Shown here piece after piece: positions 38,466 through 47,815 of a DNA stretch of 64,000 nt (position 1 is the stretch's first letter; each line of letters starts with the position of its first letter). The stretch covers positions 521 to 64,520 of the forward strand of contig CAYTWE010000006.1 in the NCBI GenBank assembly GCA_964440985.1, in the 5' to 3' direction. Made by a program: the position numbers and the translations under genes. This DNA is from an uncultured Lentisphaeraceae bacterium (GTDB taxonomy: Bacteria > Verrucomicrobiota > Kiritimatiellia > RFP12 > UBA1067). The notes beneath the pieces were generated by a model. That model was not told where the DNA came from, searched no databases, and saw only the letters and a program-made list of their open reading frames with translations.

Positions 38466-39815
38466 ATGAGACCCTCAAGACATACGGTGCCGATCAATCT
38501 CGTCGCGGGCGATGCACCCGCGCTTGTCGTAGGATACGGAACGGTCGGACAGCGCAAGACGGGCTTTCTTCGCGACTGCGGTGTGCGCGTCACTGTCGTC
38601 TCCCCGGATGTGTCTATCCGCAATGCGGATGGAGTCGAGTTTGTTTGCCGCGAATTCAGGCCGGGGGATTGCGTCGGCAAGATGCTCGTGTTCGCCTGCA
38701 CGGACGACAAGCACGTCAACAGGCGCATACTTGACGATGCCAGAAGATGCGGTGTGCCGTGCTGCTGCGCGGACATGAACTGGGCGGACGGGGATTTCGT
38801 CACGCCGGCCGTTGTGCGTACCGGCGGTGCAACTGTGGCCATATCAACGAATGGCGCATCCTGCTCTGGCGCGAAGGCTCTCAGGCGGTCGATCGGAGAA
38901 TTTCTCGAATCGGAGTCGAAGTCCAGGATTGTTGTCGTAGGTACGGATGACAGATTGCTGCCTTCAGACCGCCGTGCCGCGTGTCATCTGTCGCGTGAAG
39001 CACAGCGCGAGACGGCGCACATGATCTATGGCATCAAGGGCGTTGACGGATTGGTGATGCTCAGCACGTGCAGCAGGGTGGAGGTGATTGTCCACGGGAA
39101 TGTCGATGTCGCATTCGTAAGGCGCATGATGGGTTTTCACGGACTGGACGAAAGCGAATATTTCGTCCTTGAGGGCGCAGAGGCGTTCCGCCATCTCGTG
39201 AGGGTGGCGTCAGGGCTTGAATCCGCCTGGGCTGGAGAATTCCATGTGGTCAGGCAGATCAAGGATGCCTTGGCCGATTCTGCATCGTCCGGAATGCTTT
39301 GCGGCCCTCTCAAAGGTTTCTTTGATGACGTGCTGCGCACGTCGAAGGATGTGCGCCATGCGACTGCGGACGTGCTGGACGTGAAAGAGATTGAGGCGAC
39401 AGCGGTCGGGTATATCGCTTCCAGACTGGATATCTCATCCGCCCGAATTGCGGTGCTTGGGTCTGGGACGCTGGGGACTTCCGTTGCGGCATTGCTGAAG
39501 GGCTGCAACGTGACCATGCTGCATCACGGCGATGCCGTGCCGGAATGTGATGTGCTTGTGTGTGCTCTGGCCGCAGACAGACCGGCAGTCACGGCGGCGG
39601 TTCCAGGACGGCTTGTGATCGATCTCGGAATGCCGCCGAACTGTTCGCCGGATGTCGGCGCCGTGTCGCTCGATGCGCTCAAGGACTGGCGTCGTGCTGA
39701 GACGGGTTCCGTCGGCGACGCCATCGTCCGTGCGGATGCCGTAATTGCGGAGGCCCTGTGTGAGATGGAGAGGAACGGACATGGATTCCTGCGACAGAAA
39801 TGCGATCTTGTTTGA
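38466..39815 (+). CDS. hemA: Apparent fusion protein: N-terminal precorrin-2 dehydrogenase/sirohydrochlorin ferrochelatase-like (SirC/CysG-N) domain joined to glutamyl-tRNA reductase (HemA).
   Basis: Residues 1-150: 'LVVGYGTVGQRKTGFLRDCGVRVTVVSP...FACTDDKHVN...AISTNGAS' is a SirC NAD-binding signature. From about residue 150: 'LSTCSRVEVIV' (HemA catalytic Cys loop), 'FRHLVRVASGLESAWAGE', and an NADPH-domain 'IAVLGSGTLG'. Confidence 0.7.
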   Translation: MRPSRHTVPINLVAGDAPALVVGYGTVGQRKTGFLRDCGVRVTVVSPDVSIRNADGVEFVCREFRPGDCVGKMLVFACTDDKHVNRRILDDARRCGVPCCCADMNWADGDFVTPAVVRTGGATVAISTNGASCSGAKALRRSIGEFLESESKSRIVVVGTDDRLLPSDRRAACHLSREAQRETAHMIYGIKGVDGLVMLSTCSRVEVIVHGNVDVAFVRRMMGFHGLDESEYFVLEGAEAFRHLVRVASGLESAWAGEFHVVRQIKDALADSASSGMLCGPLKGFFDDVLRTSKDVRHATADVLDVKEIEATAVGYIASRLDISSARIAVLGSGTLGTSVAALLKGCNVTMLHHGDAVPECDVLVCALAADRPAVTAAVPGRLVIDLGMPPNCSPDVGAVSLDALKDWRRAETGSVGDAIVRADAVIAEALCEMERNGHGFLRQKCDLV

Positions 39816-41073
39816 ACGCGCCCGGCGCGTTACCCCCGGCGGGGTGAATTCGCCGGTCAGGGCCTTCAACGGAGTTGGCGGAACGCCGCTTATCGTGAAC
39901 GGCGGCAGGGGACAGCGTGTGCGCTCGGTCGACGGGCGTCTGTACACGGACTACTGCTGCAGCTGGGGGGCGATGATACTCGGCCACGCCAATCGAGAGC
40001 TGACGGCAACGCTGTCTGATCAGGCTGCGAAGGGGACGACGTTCGGCATTGCTACGGAGAATGAAGTCATTTTCGCCGAGAGGCTGTGTTCTCTTGTGCC
40101 GGGGATGGACAAGGTGCGGGCGGTGAACTCAGGCACTGAGGCGGTGATGAGCGCCGTGAGGCTCGCCCGTGGAGCGACTGGACGCGACTTGATCGTCAAG
40201 TTCGACGGATGCTACCACGGACATTCGGACTCCATGCTCGTCAAGGCCGGTAGTGGAGTGCTGACCGCCGGCGGTGCTTCGTCATCTGCGGGGGTGCCAG
40301 AAGACGTGGCTCGGCATACCGTTTCGCTGCCGTACAACGATGTTGATTCGGCAAGGGAGTTCTTCGAACGGTGCGGCGATCTTGTCGCCGCAGCGATAGT
40401 CGAACCGGTTGCCGGCAACATGGGGCTTGTGCCGCCCGCTGACGGCTTTCTTGCGGCGCTTCGTTCGCTTACGCGCTCATCCGGTGCGCTGCTCATATGC
40501 GACGAGGTGATTGACGGATTCAGGTTCGCGCTTTCCACATACTCGTCTGCGTTTGCGGATGTCGATCCTGACATAGTGACGCTCGGCAAGGTGATAGGCG
40601 GCGGTCTTCCGCTCGCCGCCGTCGGCGGAAGGGCGGAGCTGATGGATCTTTTTGCCCCTGACGGCCCTGTGTATCAGGCCGGGACGCTTGCCGGGAATCC
40701 GCTCGCCGTTGCGGCCGGACTGAAGACGCTCGACATCCTTGAACGCGACAATCCGTATCCGGCGATGGCGGGCATTTGCGGCGACATGGCTGATGGGGTG
40801 AATGGCGCTGCGCGGCGATACGGCGTTCCGTTGCACGTATCGCGTCTTGGCGGCGTATTCACGGTGTTCTGTTCTGAAGCGCCGGTCTGTGACCTCGCGT
40901 CAGCCAAGCGGTGCGACACTGATCTGTACGCCAGGATTTTCCATGGTCTCTTCAGAAGGGGCATCTACATTGCGCCTTCGCAGTTTGAGTGCAATTTTGT
41001 GTCGGCTGCGCATGAAGCGTCCGATGCCGATGCGTTTGTCGCTGCGTTCGAGGAAGTTCTGCGTTCCTTGTGA
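39781..41073 (+). CDS. hemL: Glutamate-1-semialdehyde 2,1-aminomutase.
   Basis: 'PGGVNSPVRAF' N-terminus and a PLP-lysine region 'DEVIDGFR'. The start is the internal ATG 39781, overlapping the end of hemA. Confidence 0.9.
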   Translation: MDSCDRNAILFERARRVTPGGVNSPVRAFNGVGGTPLIVNGGRGQRVRSVDGRLYTDYCCSWGAMILGHANRELTATLSDQAAKGTTFGIATENEVIFAERLCSLVPGMDKVRAVNSGTEAVMSAVRLARGATGRDLIVKFDGCYHGHSDSMLVKAGSGVLTAGGASSSAGVPEDVARHTVSLPYNDVDSAREFFERCGDLVAAAIVEPVAGNMGLVPPADGFLAALRSLTRSSGALLICDEVIDGFRFALSTYSSAFADVDPDIVTLGKVIGGGLPLAAVGGRAELMDLFAPDGPVYQAGTLAGNPLAVAAGLKTLDILERDNPYPAMAGICGDMADGVNGAARRYGVPLHVSRLGGVFTVFCSEAPVCDLASAKRCDTDLYARIFHGLFRRGIYIAPSQFECNFVSAAHEASDADAFVAAFEEVLRSL

Positions 41074-41401
41074 TGTCCTTGGGTAAACCGCACCGGCGGT
41101 ACGGCGCAGTGCGTTCATTGTCACATGGAAGGGGGACAGGCTCTTGTTGCCATTCCCGCTTTGCTATTGCCTCTTCCTTTCCGGAAGCATGATGTCGCCG
41201 ACATTGATCACGGTCTTGGGCTGTCGCTCGGCAAGGCCATCGTGGAGTCTTCGGCGGAACGATCTCGGCTCATTCCGTTCCTCGAGTGGAGACCGTATTC
41301 ACCGTGTCGCTGCCTCCGTGCGCCCCAGATCGTACGCATTGAATTCAACGGCGGACGGATTCACCGGAAATCCAATGTTCAAGGAAGGAAAAGAAAAACA
41401 G

Positions 41402-41448
41402 AACGCCGCCCATTGACATGGGCGGCGTTTGCTGCATTGGATGGACTG
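41402..41448 (-). terminator. Rho-independent terminator downstream of yebC (minus strand).
   Basis: A 12-bp stem AACGCCGCCCAT/ATGGGCGGCGTT with loop TGAC. On the minus strand it is followed by CTGTTTTTCTTTTCC. Confidence 0.7.
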
Positions 41449-41455
41449 AACGGAA

Positions 41456-42220
41456 TCAGCCTTCAGCCTCAAGGGCCGCATCAACCTCGTCGGTCGTCTC
41501 CATGTTCGTGTAGACGTCCTGGACGTCCTCAAGATCCTCAAGCATATCGACGAACTTGTTGATGGCCTTTGCGGCGGCGACGTCGGCTACCGGGTTCATC
41601 ATGTTCGGCACAAGACCAATCTCCGAGTTCTCTTCATCAACGCCGATTCCCGCCTTCTTGATCGCCTCAAGCACGGTGGTGAAGTCGTTCGGCTGGCACT
41701 TGACGGTGAATCCGCCGTCTTCGGAGACGACATCCTCGGCACCAGCATCAAGCGCGACTTCCATGACCGAATCCTCGGTCACGCCATCTGCCGCCGGAAT
41801 CATGATCTGGCCGAGACGGTCGAAGAGACGCGTTGCGCTTCCCTGCTTCGCGAATTCAATGCCGTTCTTCTTGAAGACGTTGCCGACTTCTGCCGCAGCG
41901 CGGTTCTTGTTGTCCGTAAGGACGTTCACGACGAGCGCGACGCCGCCCTTGATGCCCTCGTACTGCGCATCGACGAGCGCGGCCGATTCAAGCTCGCCGG
42001 TTCCCTTCTTGATGGCGCGCTCGATGTTGTCGTTGGGCATCTGCGCGGCCTTCGCCTTGGCGATGAGCGTACGGAGGGTGGGGTTGTTGTCAGGGTCGCC
42101 GCCCTTTGCCTTGACGACAATGGTGATTTCCTTGCCGAGCTTGGAAAAGATCTTTCCCTTTTTCGCGTCCGCCGCGCCTTTCGCGCGCTTGATTGTCGCC
42201 CAGTGGCTGTGACCTGACAT
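41456..42220 (-). CDS. yebC: YebC/PmpR-family DNA-binding transcriptional regulator.
   Basis: 'MSGHSHWATIKRAKGAADAKKGKIFSKL' is the canonical N-terminus. The start is the internal ATG at 42220 of ORF 41456..42412. Confidence 0.9.
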   Translation of the reverse strand: MSGHSHWATIKRAKGAADAKKGKIFSKLGKEITIVVKAKGGDPDNNPTLRTLIAKAKAAQMPNDNIERAIKKGTGELESAALVDAQYEGIKGGVALVVNVLTDNKNRAAAEVGNVFKKNGIEFAKQGSATRLFDRLGQIMIPAADGVTEDSVMEVALDAGAEDVVSEDGGFTVKCQPNDFTTVLEAIKKAGIGVDEENSEIGLVPNMMNPVADVAAAKAINKFVDMLEDLEDVQDVYTNMETTDEVDAALEAEG

Positions 42221-42281
42221 TTTTATCCGCTCCTTTGGATTGTTCTGTAAGAAAAAAGATGCTGTATTGTAGCAAAATGCG

Positions 42282-43175
42282 TTAAGAGACGCAACCATGC
42301 CCGCCCTGCATATTTTCGCCGAGCAGAGCCAGGGCGGGATCTGCCGCCTCATAGCCTTGAATCCAACCGTTCTCGAAACCGAAATCTGCCGCCGCCTCGG
42401 TGACGGATTCATACTCGTCTTCGGTGACTTTTCTGCTGAGATCCGGCGTAGACAGGGCGCGGTAGGCGGGCGTGAACTGGCTCATCACGGATACCGGTAT
42501 CTCCGGCGAGAGTTCGGTCGCGAGCCATGCGAGGTTCTCGATTGCTTCGTCCGCATGGTTCGGCAGCACGAGTATTCGCACGATAAGCGGCGGCACACCG
42601 CCGTGGCGGCGGCGCTCCCTGCCGAACGCCCACCGTACGGCGGATCGCGCCGCCTCTACGTAGCCGGGTGATGCGCTTGCCGCGACGGCCGTTTCGTTGC
42701 GTGAGTAGCGCAGATCGAAAAGGGCGGTGTCGCAGAGATCCGAATACTCCTCCAGCGTGGCCGTCGATTCGTAGCCTGACGAGTTCCAGACGAACGGCAG
42801 TCGCACACCTCCCTTGATGAGTGGCGCCGCGGCCTCACGGATGTACGGCAGATATGGCGTTGGGGAAACGAGATTCCAGTTGCTGCACCCGTCATTCACG
42901 GCAAGGCCGCGCAGAATGCCGGTCAGCTGCTCAACCGTCATGTCATCGCCCTTGCCGCCCCAGCTCCATGGCGAGTTCTGGCAGTACAGGCACTTCATTG
43001 TGCACCGGGAGAAGAAGACGCATCCGCTGCCGCGCTCACCGACGAGCGGCGGCTCTTCGCCGAAGTGCGGCCCCCACCTGAATATGCGCGGCATCGCTCC
43101 GGCGCCGCAGAATCCGGTCTTTCCGTTTCTGCGGTCAACCCCGCAGCGTCGTGGACATAAGATACATCCGGTCAT
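42282..43175 (-). CDS. Radical SAM protein, PflX-like (pyruvate formate-lyase activating enzyme homolog family, COG1313).
   Basis: The 'CTMKCLYCQN' CX3CX2C cluster is near the N-terminus. The start is the internal ATG at 43175 ('MTGCILCPRRC'). Confidence 0.7.
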   Translation of the reverse strand: MTGCILCPRRCGVDRRNGKTGFCGAGAMPRIFRWGPHFGEEPPLVGERGSGCVFFSRCTMKCLYCQNSPWSWGGKGDDMTVEQLTGILRGLAVNDGCSNWNLVSPTPYLPYIREAAAPLIKGGVRLPFVWNSSGYESTATLEEYSDLCDTALFDLRYSRNETAVAASASPGYVEAARSAVRWAFGRERRRHGGVPPLIVRILVLPNHADEAIENLAWLATELSPEIPVSVMSQFTPAYRALSTPDLSRKVTEDEYESVTEAAADFGFENGWIQGYEAADPALALLGENMQGGHGCVS

Positions 43176-43467
43176 GGTCTGTGCATTTGGAAATTTCGCG
43201 GTATTATAGCAAATGCCAAGTACAGGCCGGAACCGGAGATTCCCCAATTTTTTCCTGGCGGACGAGGCGTCGCGCCGGGTCGTATCATCTGGTAGGGCGC
43301 GCCGTGTTGTGTAATGCGGTGCGTGGAAGGTTGTTGCTTTCGCTGGCGGGAGTTTTGGAGTTCGGGAGTTTTTTGACAAGATCCACAGGATTTGGCGAAG
43401 GTGGATTTCTGTCTCACTTGAAGGCAAGTGGATCGGAAAAGTTTTCTGCTTCCTGTTATCTGGCATA

Positions 43468-43476
43468 TGGTAGAAT
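43468..43476 (+). promoter_or_regulatory. Extended -10-like element (TGGTAGAAT) upstream of the alpha/beta-hydrolase gene.
   Basis: It sits in the intergenic region, followed by RBS AAAGGA and ATG 43510. Confidence 0.3.
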
Positions 43477-43509
43477 ACATCCAAATTTTGTCAATGCATA
43501 AGCAAAGGA

Positions 43510-44412
43510 TTGAAAATGACTATGAGAAATGTTCTGGTGGCGGCGTTTGTGGTTGCGTGTGGCGTATGCTGCGCCGCAGAAAACGGTGACGGGAAGCCTT
43601 CTGCGTCTGTGCTTGGCAGGGATGGCGCGAAGATCGCAGCGAGGTTCAAGATCTCCGGACAGGATCGGATGCAGGGATTCCTCCGCACAAGGTTCACCAT
43701 GGACGGATGCGACGCATGGGTAGTGGAGCCTGACAAGCCTGCCTCCGACGGGCGTTGGGTGTGGTGCATGGAGTGGCCGACGGCATTCCAGGATCGCGTT
43801 GGCGTAAAGGCACTGCTTGAGTCCGGATATCGCTGGGTGACGTTCAATCCTGCGTCGAAGGATGTCTATGCCGGCAACCAGAACGACGGGATGCTGGCGA
43901 AGCGCAGGGAATTTCAGAGATTCCTCGTGGATGAACTTGGTTTTGCGCCCAAATGCGGTCTTATCGGAATGAGCTGGGGCGGCTTCTATTCCGTCCGGTA
44001 CGCATCAACGTTTCCTGATTGCGTATGTGCAGCCTATCTCGATGCGCCGCTTCTCGACTTCTCTACGCTGCAGGGCTTCGACGGCAATGGGAACTGGGGA
44101 CGCAAGGGTCTCGCAAAGTACTATCCGTTCATCACCGATACGTATGACGGTGCAAACGATCCCTACCAGAGCGTGAACCGTGCAGCACCCATTGCAAAGG
44201 CCGGAATCCCCATGCTCATCCTCTATGGCGGGGCTGACGTCGTCGTGCCGCCGGAGAGGAACTGCATCCGCTTTGCGGCGGACTTCGAGAAGGCCGGTGG
44301 TGACCTCAAGATTGAGCGCCGTGCAAAGTGGGGACATCACCCCCATGGCGTTGAGCCTAACGAGGTGCAGCGCATAGTCAACTTCTTTGATGCCGCAAAC
44401 GCCGGAAAATAG
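43510..44412 (+). CDS. Secreted alpha/beta-fold hydrolase (esterase/peptidase-like).
   Basis: Signal peptide; 'GMSWGG' nucleophile elbow (GxSxG); a C-terminal His in 'WGHHPH'. Confidence 0.7.
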   Translation: MKMTMRNVLVAAFVVACGVCCAAENGDGKPSASVLGRDGAKIAARFKISGQDRMQGFLRTRFTMDGCDAWVVEPDKPASDGRWVWCMEWPTAFQDRVGVKALLESGYRWVTFNPASKDVYAGNQNDGMLAKRREFQRFLVDELGFAPKCGLIGMSWGGFYSVRYASTFPDCVCAAYLDAPLLDFSTLQGFDGNGNWGRKGLAKYYPFITDTYDGANDPYQSVNRAAPIAKAGIPMLILYGGADVVVPPERNCIRFAADFEKAGGDLKIERRAKWGHHPHGVEPNEVQRIVNFFDAANAGK

Positions 44413-44432
44413 CAGATGGCACGAAAGGCAAA

Positions 44433-45389
44433 ATGGTGCACGATCCCATGAACCGCAGAAACTTCCTGAAATCGCTCGGCGGCATCGCCGCCGTCAGCGC
44501 TCTGCCGTCCTTCGCTGACGATCCTTCCGCATTTCCGAAGCGCGGCGCGTTCGAGCGCCTTGCGCTTGCGTACAATCGCATCCACATCGGCCTCGAAAAG
44601 CCGTTTTCGGTGTTGCACATCTCCGATACGCATCTGACGGAGGCGTATCAGAACGAAGACGAGAAGAAGCAGAAGCTGAAGCAGGTGCGGACGCAGACGT
44701 TCGGAGGTCGGCAGGAGCAGGCATTGCGCGATTCGCTCGCGTGGGCGAAGAAGAATGTCGACTACGTGATCCACACGGGGGACCTGATCGACTGGCAGAG
44801 CGAAGCGAACTTCGACCTTGTGCGGAAATATTTCGGTGGTGCGATGTTCGGTTCGATCGGCAACCACGAGTATTCCAAGTACATGTGGCTTGAGAAGTCC
44901 GAGGCGACGGATGCGTACAAGGCGTTGACGGCACCGCTTGTGCAGAAGGCCTATCCGTTCGACATACGCTTCGCCTCGCAGACCGTCAATGGCGTGAACT
45001 TCGTCTCGATGGATTCCGTCTACGGCTACGTGACGCCGGAACAGGTCGAACGTTTCCGCGCAGAGGTGAAGAAGGGACTGCCCATTGTCCTCTGCCAGCA
45101 CGTGCCGTTCTACACGGAATCGATTTGGCGCGCCAACGGGAAGTTCTGGACGGCGGACCGGCCGTTTACGAACGCGGCGGCACCGGCGGCGGCGGGCGAC
45201 TGCCAGAAGCAGTTGACCGACCCCACAACGAAGGCGTTCATCGCCGACTTGAAGAAAGAGCCGCTTCTCAAAGGCATTCTCGCGGGGCATCTTCACATCA
45301 CTGTGCAGGATCGTTTTTCGCCGACGGCGATGGAGTACGTCGTGGGCGGCAACTTCATGTTCCACGGAGAGGAGATACTCTTCACGTGA
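44433..45389 (+). CDS. TAT-exported metallophosphoesterase (calcineurin-like).
   Basis: 'MNRRNFLKSLGGIAAVSALPSFA' is a TAT signal; 'HISDTH', 'GDLID' and 'GNHE' are metallophosphatase motifs. Confidence 0.75.
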   Translation: MVHDPMNRRNFLKSLGGIAAVSALPSFADDPSAFPKRGAFERLALAYNRIHIGLEKPFSVLHISDTHLTEAYQNEDEKKQKLKQVRTQTFGGRQEQALRDSLAWAKKNVDYVIHTGDLIDWQSEANFDLVRKYFGGAMFGSIGNHEYSKYMWLEKSEATDAYKALTAPLVQKAYPFDIRFASQTVNGVNFVSMDSVYGYVTPEQVERFRAEVKKGLPIVLCQHVPFYTESIWRANGKFWTADRPFTNAAAPAAAGDCQKQLTDPTTKAFIADLKKEPLLKGILAGHLHITVQDRFSPTAMEYVVGGNFMFHGEEILFT

Positions 45390-45409
45390 ACGGCGGTGTG
45401 CGTCGTCTG

Positions 45410-45418
45410 TGATATAAT
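45410..45418 (+). promoter_or_regulatory. Extended -10 (TGATATAAT) upstream of the clan GH-A hydrolase gene.
   Basis: Intergenic, about 55 nt upstream of ATG 45473. Confidence 0.35.
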
Positions 45419-45472
45419 GTGAGGCGCAAATCGGACAGGCAACCGGATAACCACAAGGATTAAAATCGAGAA

Positions 45473-47446
45473 ATGAAAAGAATTGCGATACTTGCGGCAT
45501 TCGCCGCGACGGCGGCGTTCGCCGAACCTGCGGCGGACTATGCGACGAGAGACATCTTCACGGACGGCGAATTCTTCGTCGGATGCAACTACTGGGCAAA
45601 GAACGCCGGGATGTACATGTGGAGCCAGTGGCGTCCGGACATCATCGAGAAGGAGCTTGAGGCTCTGTCGAGGCATGGCACCCGCGTGATGCGCGTGTTT
45701 CCGCTCTGGAGCGACTTCCAGCCTCTCACCGGAGACTGTTCCGGCGGCGGTGCGTACCGCAGCTACCGTTTTCGCGACAACAAGCCGCTTCCGAACGAGG
45801 CCGGTGTGGACGATGAGATGATGAAGCGATTTCGCACTTTCTGCGACATGGCGCAGAAGCACGACATAAAGCTCATCGTCGGCATAGTGACCGGGTGGAT
45901 GAGCGGTCGCCAGTTCGTTCCGCCGGTGTTCGAGGAGCGCAACGTCCTTTCCGACCCTGAGGCGGTGATGTGGCAGACGCGATTCGTAAAGTACTTCGTG
46001 AAGGGGCTGAAGGATCACCCGGCAATCGCCGCGTGGGACTACGGCAACGAATGCAACTGCATGGGCGCGAATGCGAAGGCGATGTTCTACAACTGGATGG
46101 ATCACATAGCGATGGCGATACGCCTTGCGGATCCGTCGCGTCCGATCGTCTCCGGAATGCACGGGCTTTCCACGAAGGACAGCGCAAGTGCGCCGATTCG
46201 CCTCAACGGCGAAATCTCCGACATCCTCTGCACCCATCCGTACCAGTACTATGTGCCGGGATGCGGCAAGGAGGCGTTCAACACGATGCGCACAGAACTT
46301 CATCCGACGGCCGAGTCGGTGCTGTACCGCGACCTTGGCGGCAAGCCGTGCTTCGTGGAGGAGATCGGCAACCTCGGAACGAGCTGCGTATCCGACGAAC
46401 GTACCGCAGCCGGGATGCGTTGCACGATGTTCAGTGCGTGGGCGAACGATCTCAAGGGATGCCTGTGGTGGTGCAACTCCGACCAGGAGGTTCTCGATTT
46501 CCCGCCGTACACGCTTACGCCCAACGAGCGCGAACTCGGAATGCTCCGTCAGGATCTGACGCCGAAACCGCTGATGCTTGAGATGCAGGCGTTTCAGGAG
46601 TTCCGCGCCTCCCTGCCGTTCCGCAAGCTTCCCAAGGCGAAGACCGATGCTGTGATTGTCGTGCCGGAGAAGGATCACGGCTGGATTCCTGGCTTTGGTG
46701 CATACCTTCTGGCGCGCCAGGCCGGATTCAATCCGAGTTTCGCCGGAGCGGAGCAGGAGCTGCCGGAGTCGACATTCTACATCGTCTGCTCCTCCGAACG
46801 CGACGAGAGCTACACGTACCCTGCGCAGAAGCGCATCTTCGCGAAGGCCAAGGACGGGGCGACCGTGCTTGTGCTGTACGCCGGCGACTCGCGTTTTACG
46901 CAGCTCCGTGAGCAGGCGGGGGTGAAGATCGACTACTGCAACCTGTCGCCGAGCGACAGGACATTCACGCTCGCGGCGCATCCTGATCGTCCCATCAACG
47001 TGTGGGACAAATCGACCTGCAAGCTTCTGGCGGCGGAGGCGGAGGTTCTCGGAAAGACCGACGCCGGAGAGCCGGTGTTCACGAAGTTCAAGTACGGCAA
47101 GGGCACGGTTCTCCTCTGCAACGCACCGATAGACAGGCAGACGATAGCCCGTTCCGATGCCCTTACCGGGACGAACATCAGGCCGTACTATCTTGTGTTC
47201 CGCGAGGCCGCAAAGATTGCAGGGCTGAAGCAGACGGTCGAGAAGGGTGACTGCCCGCTCGTCGGCTTCACCGAGCATCCGGCCGCAGACGGCTCCACGA
47301 TTGTGATGGCGATCAATTTCGAGCCGCGTCAGCTTGTGTGTCCCGTGAAGGTGAACGGTCGCATCGGCCGCGTCTGGCGCGGAGACGTGAAGGACGGCAA
47401 GGTGTCGCTTGCCGCGAACGAGGTTGCGCTGTTTGAAGTGAAGTGA
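45473..47446 (+). CDS. Secreted glycoside hydrolase, clan GH-A (GH5/GH42-like TIM barrel).
   Basis: Signal peptide 'MKRIAILAAFAATAAFA'. 'AAWDYGNECN' resembles the clan GH-A acid/base 'NE' block, and 'FVEEIG' is a candidate nucleophile block. Confidence 0.6.
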   Translation: MKRIAILAAFAATAAFAEPAADYATRDIFTDGEFFVGCNYWAKNAGMYMWSQWRPDIIEKELEALSRHGTRVMRVFPLWSDFQPLTGDCSGGGAYRSYRFRDNKPLPNEAGVDDEMMKRFRTFCDMAQKHDIKLIVGIVTGWMSGRQFVPPVFEERNVLSDPEAVMWQTRFVKYFVKGLKDHPAIAAWDYGNECNCMGANAKAMFYNWMDHIAMAIRLADPSRPIVSGMHGLSTKDSASAPIRLNGEISDILCTHPYQYYVPGCGKEAFNTMRTELHPTAESVLYRDLGGKPCFVEEIGNLGTSCVSDERTAAGMRCTMFSAWANDLKGCLWWCNSDQEVLDFPPYTLTPNERELGMLRQDLTPKPLMLEMQAFQEFRASLPFRKLPKAKTDAVIVVPEKDHGWIPGFGAYLLARQAGFNPSFAGAEQELPESTFYIVCSSERDESYTYPAQKRIFAKAKDGATVLVLYAGDSRFTQLREQAGVKIDYCNLSPSDRTFTLAAHPDRPINVWDKSTCKLLAAEAEVLGKTDAGEPVFTKFKYGKGTVLLCNAPIDRQTIARSDALTGTNIRPYYLVFREAAKIAGLKQTVEKGDCPLVGFTEHPAADGSTIVMAINFEPRQLVCPVKVNGRIGRVWRGDVKDGKVSLAANEVALFEVK

Positions 47447-47456
47447 GAGGTGTCCG

Positions 47457-47804
47457 ATGACGATTGCGGATGTGGTGAGGGTGCTTGACGGGAAGCTTGT
47501 GGCCGGCGATGCCGCAAGCCCTCGGGTCGTCGGCGCAGTGGTGGCGAACGACCTGATGAGCGATGTGCTTCTGTTTGACGCGGACGACGCCCTGATCCTG
47601 ACTTCGCTTGCCAGCGATCAGGCGATACGCACGGCGCACATCGTAGGGGCGATGGGTGTTGTGGTTCACAACGCCAAGCCGCTTTCCGAGACGATGGTGA
47701 AGGTCGCCAACGACCTTCACATTCCGCTCGTCTCATCTCCGCTTTCAAAGTTCGATGCCTGCGTGAAGCTTCACGACGCGCTTGAGATGGAGAAGCGTAC
47801 GTAA
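47457..47804 (+). CDS. DRTGG-domain-like small regulatory protein (paralog of 10886..11221).
   Basis: 115 aa, collinear with the 10886 ORF ('DLMSDVL...ALILTSL...GVVVHNAKP...IPLVSSPLSKFDA'). Confidence 0.5.
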   Translation: MTIADVVRVLDGKLVAGDAASPRVVGAVVANDLMSDVLLFDADDALILTSLASDQAIRTAHIVGAMGVVVHNAKPLSETMVKVANDLHIPLVSSPLSKFDACVKLHDALEMEKRT

Positions 47805-47815
47805 TAAAGAGGGGG

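Noticed and set aside
45293-47278. A 661-aa minus-strand ORF antisense to the GH-A hydrolase gene. Other large antisense ORFs were also seen: 8069..9058, 9119..10174, 14723..15901, 15870..16835, 44337..45500, 50646..52085, 54850..56142, 56152..57621, 60426..61796, 61947..63128.
   Set aside because: All are antisense to plus-strand genes with recognisable family motifs and proper RBS and signal peptides. They are Arg/Pro-rich with no domain signatures.
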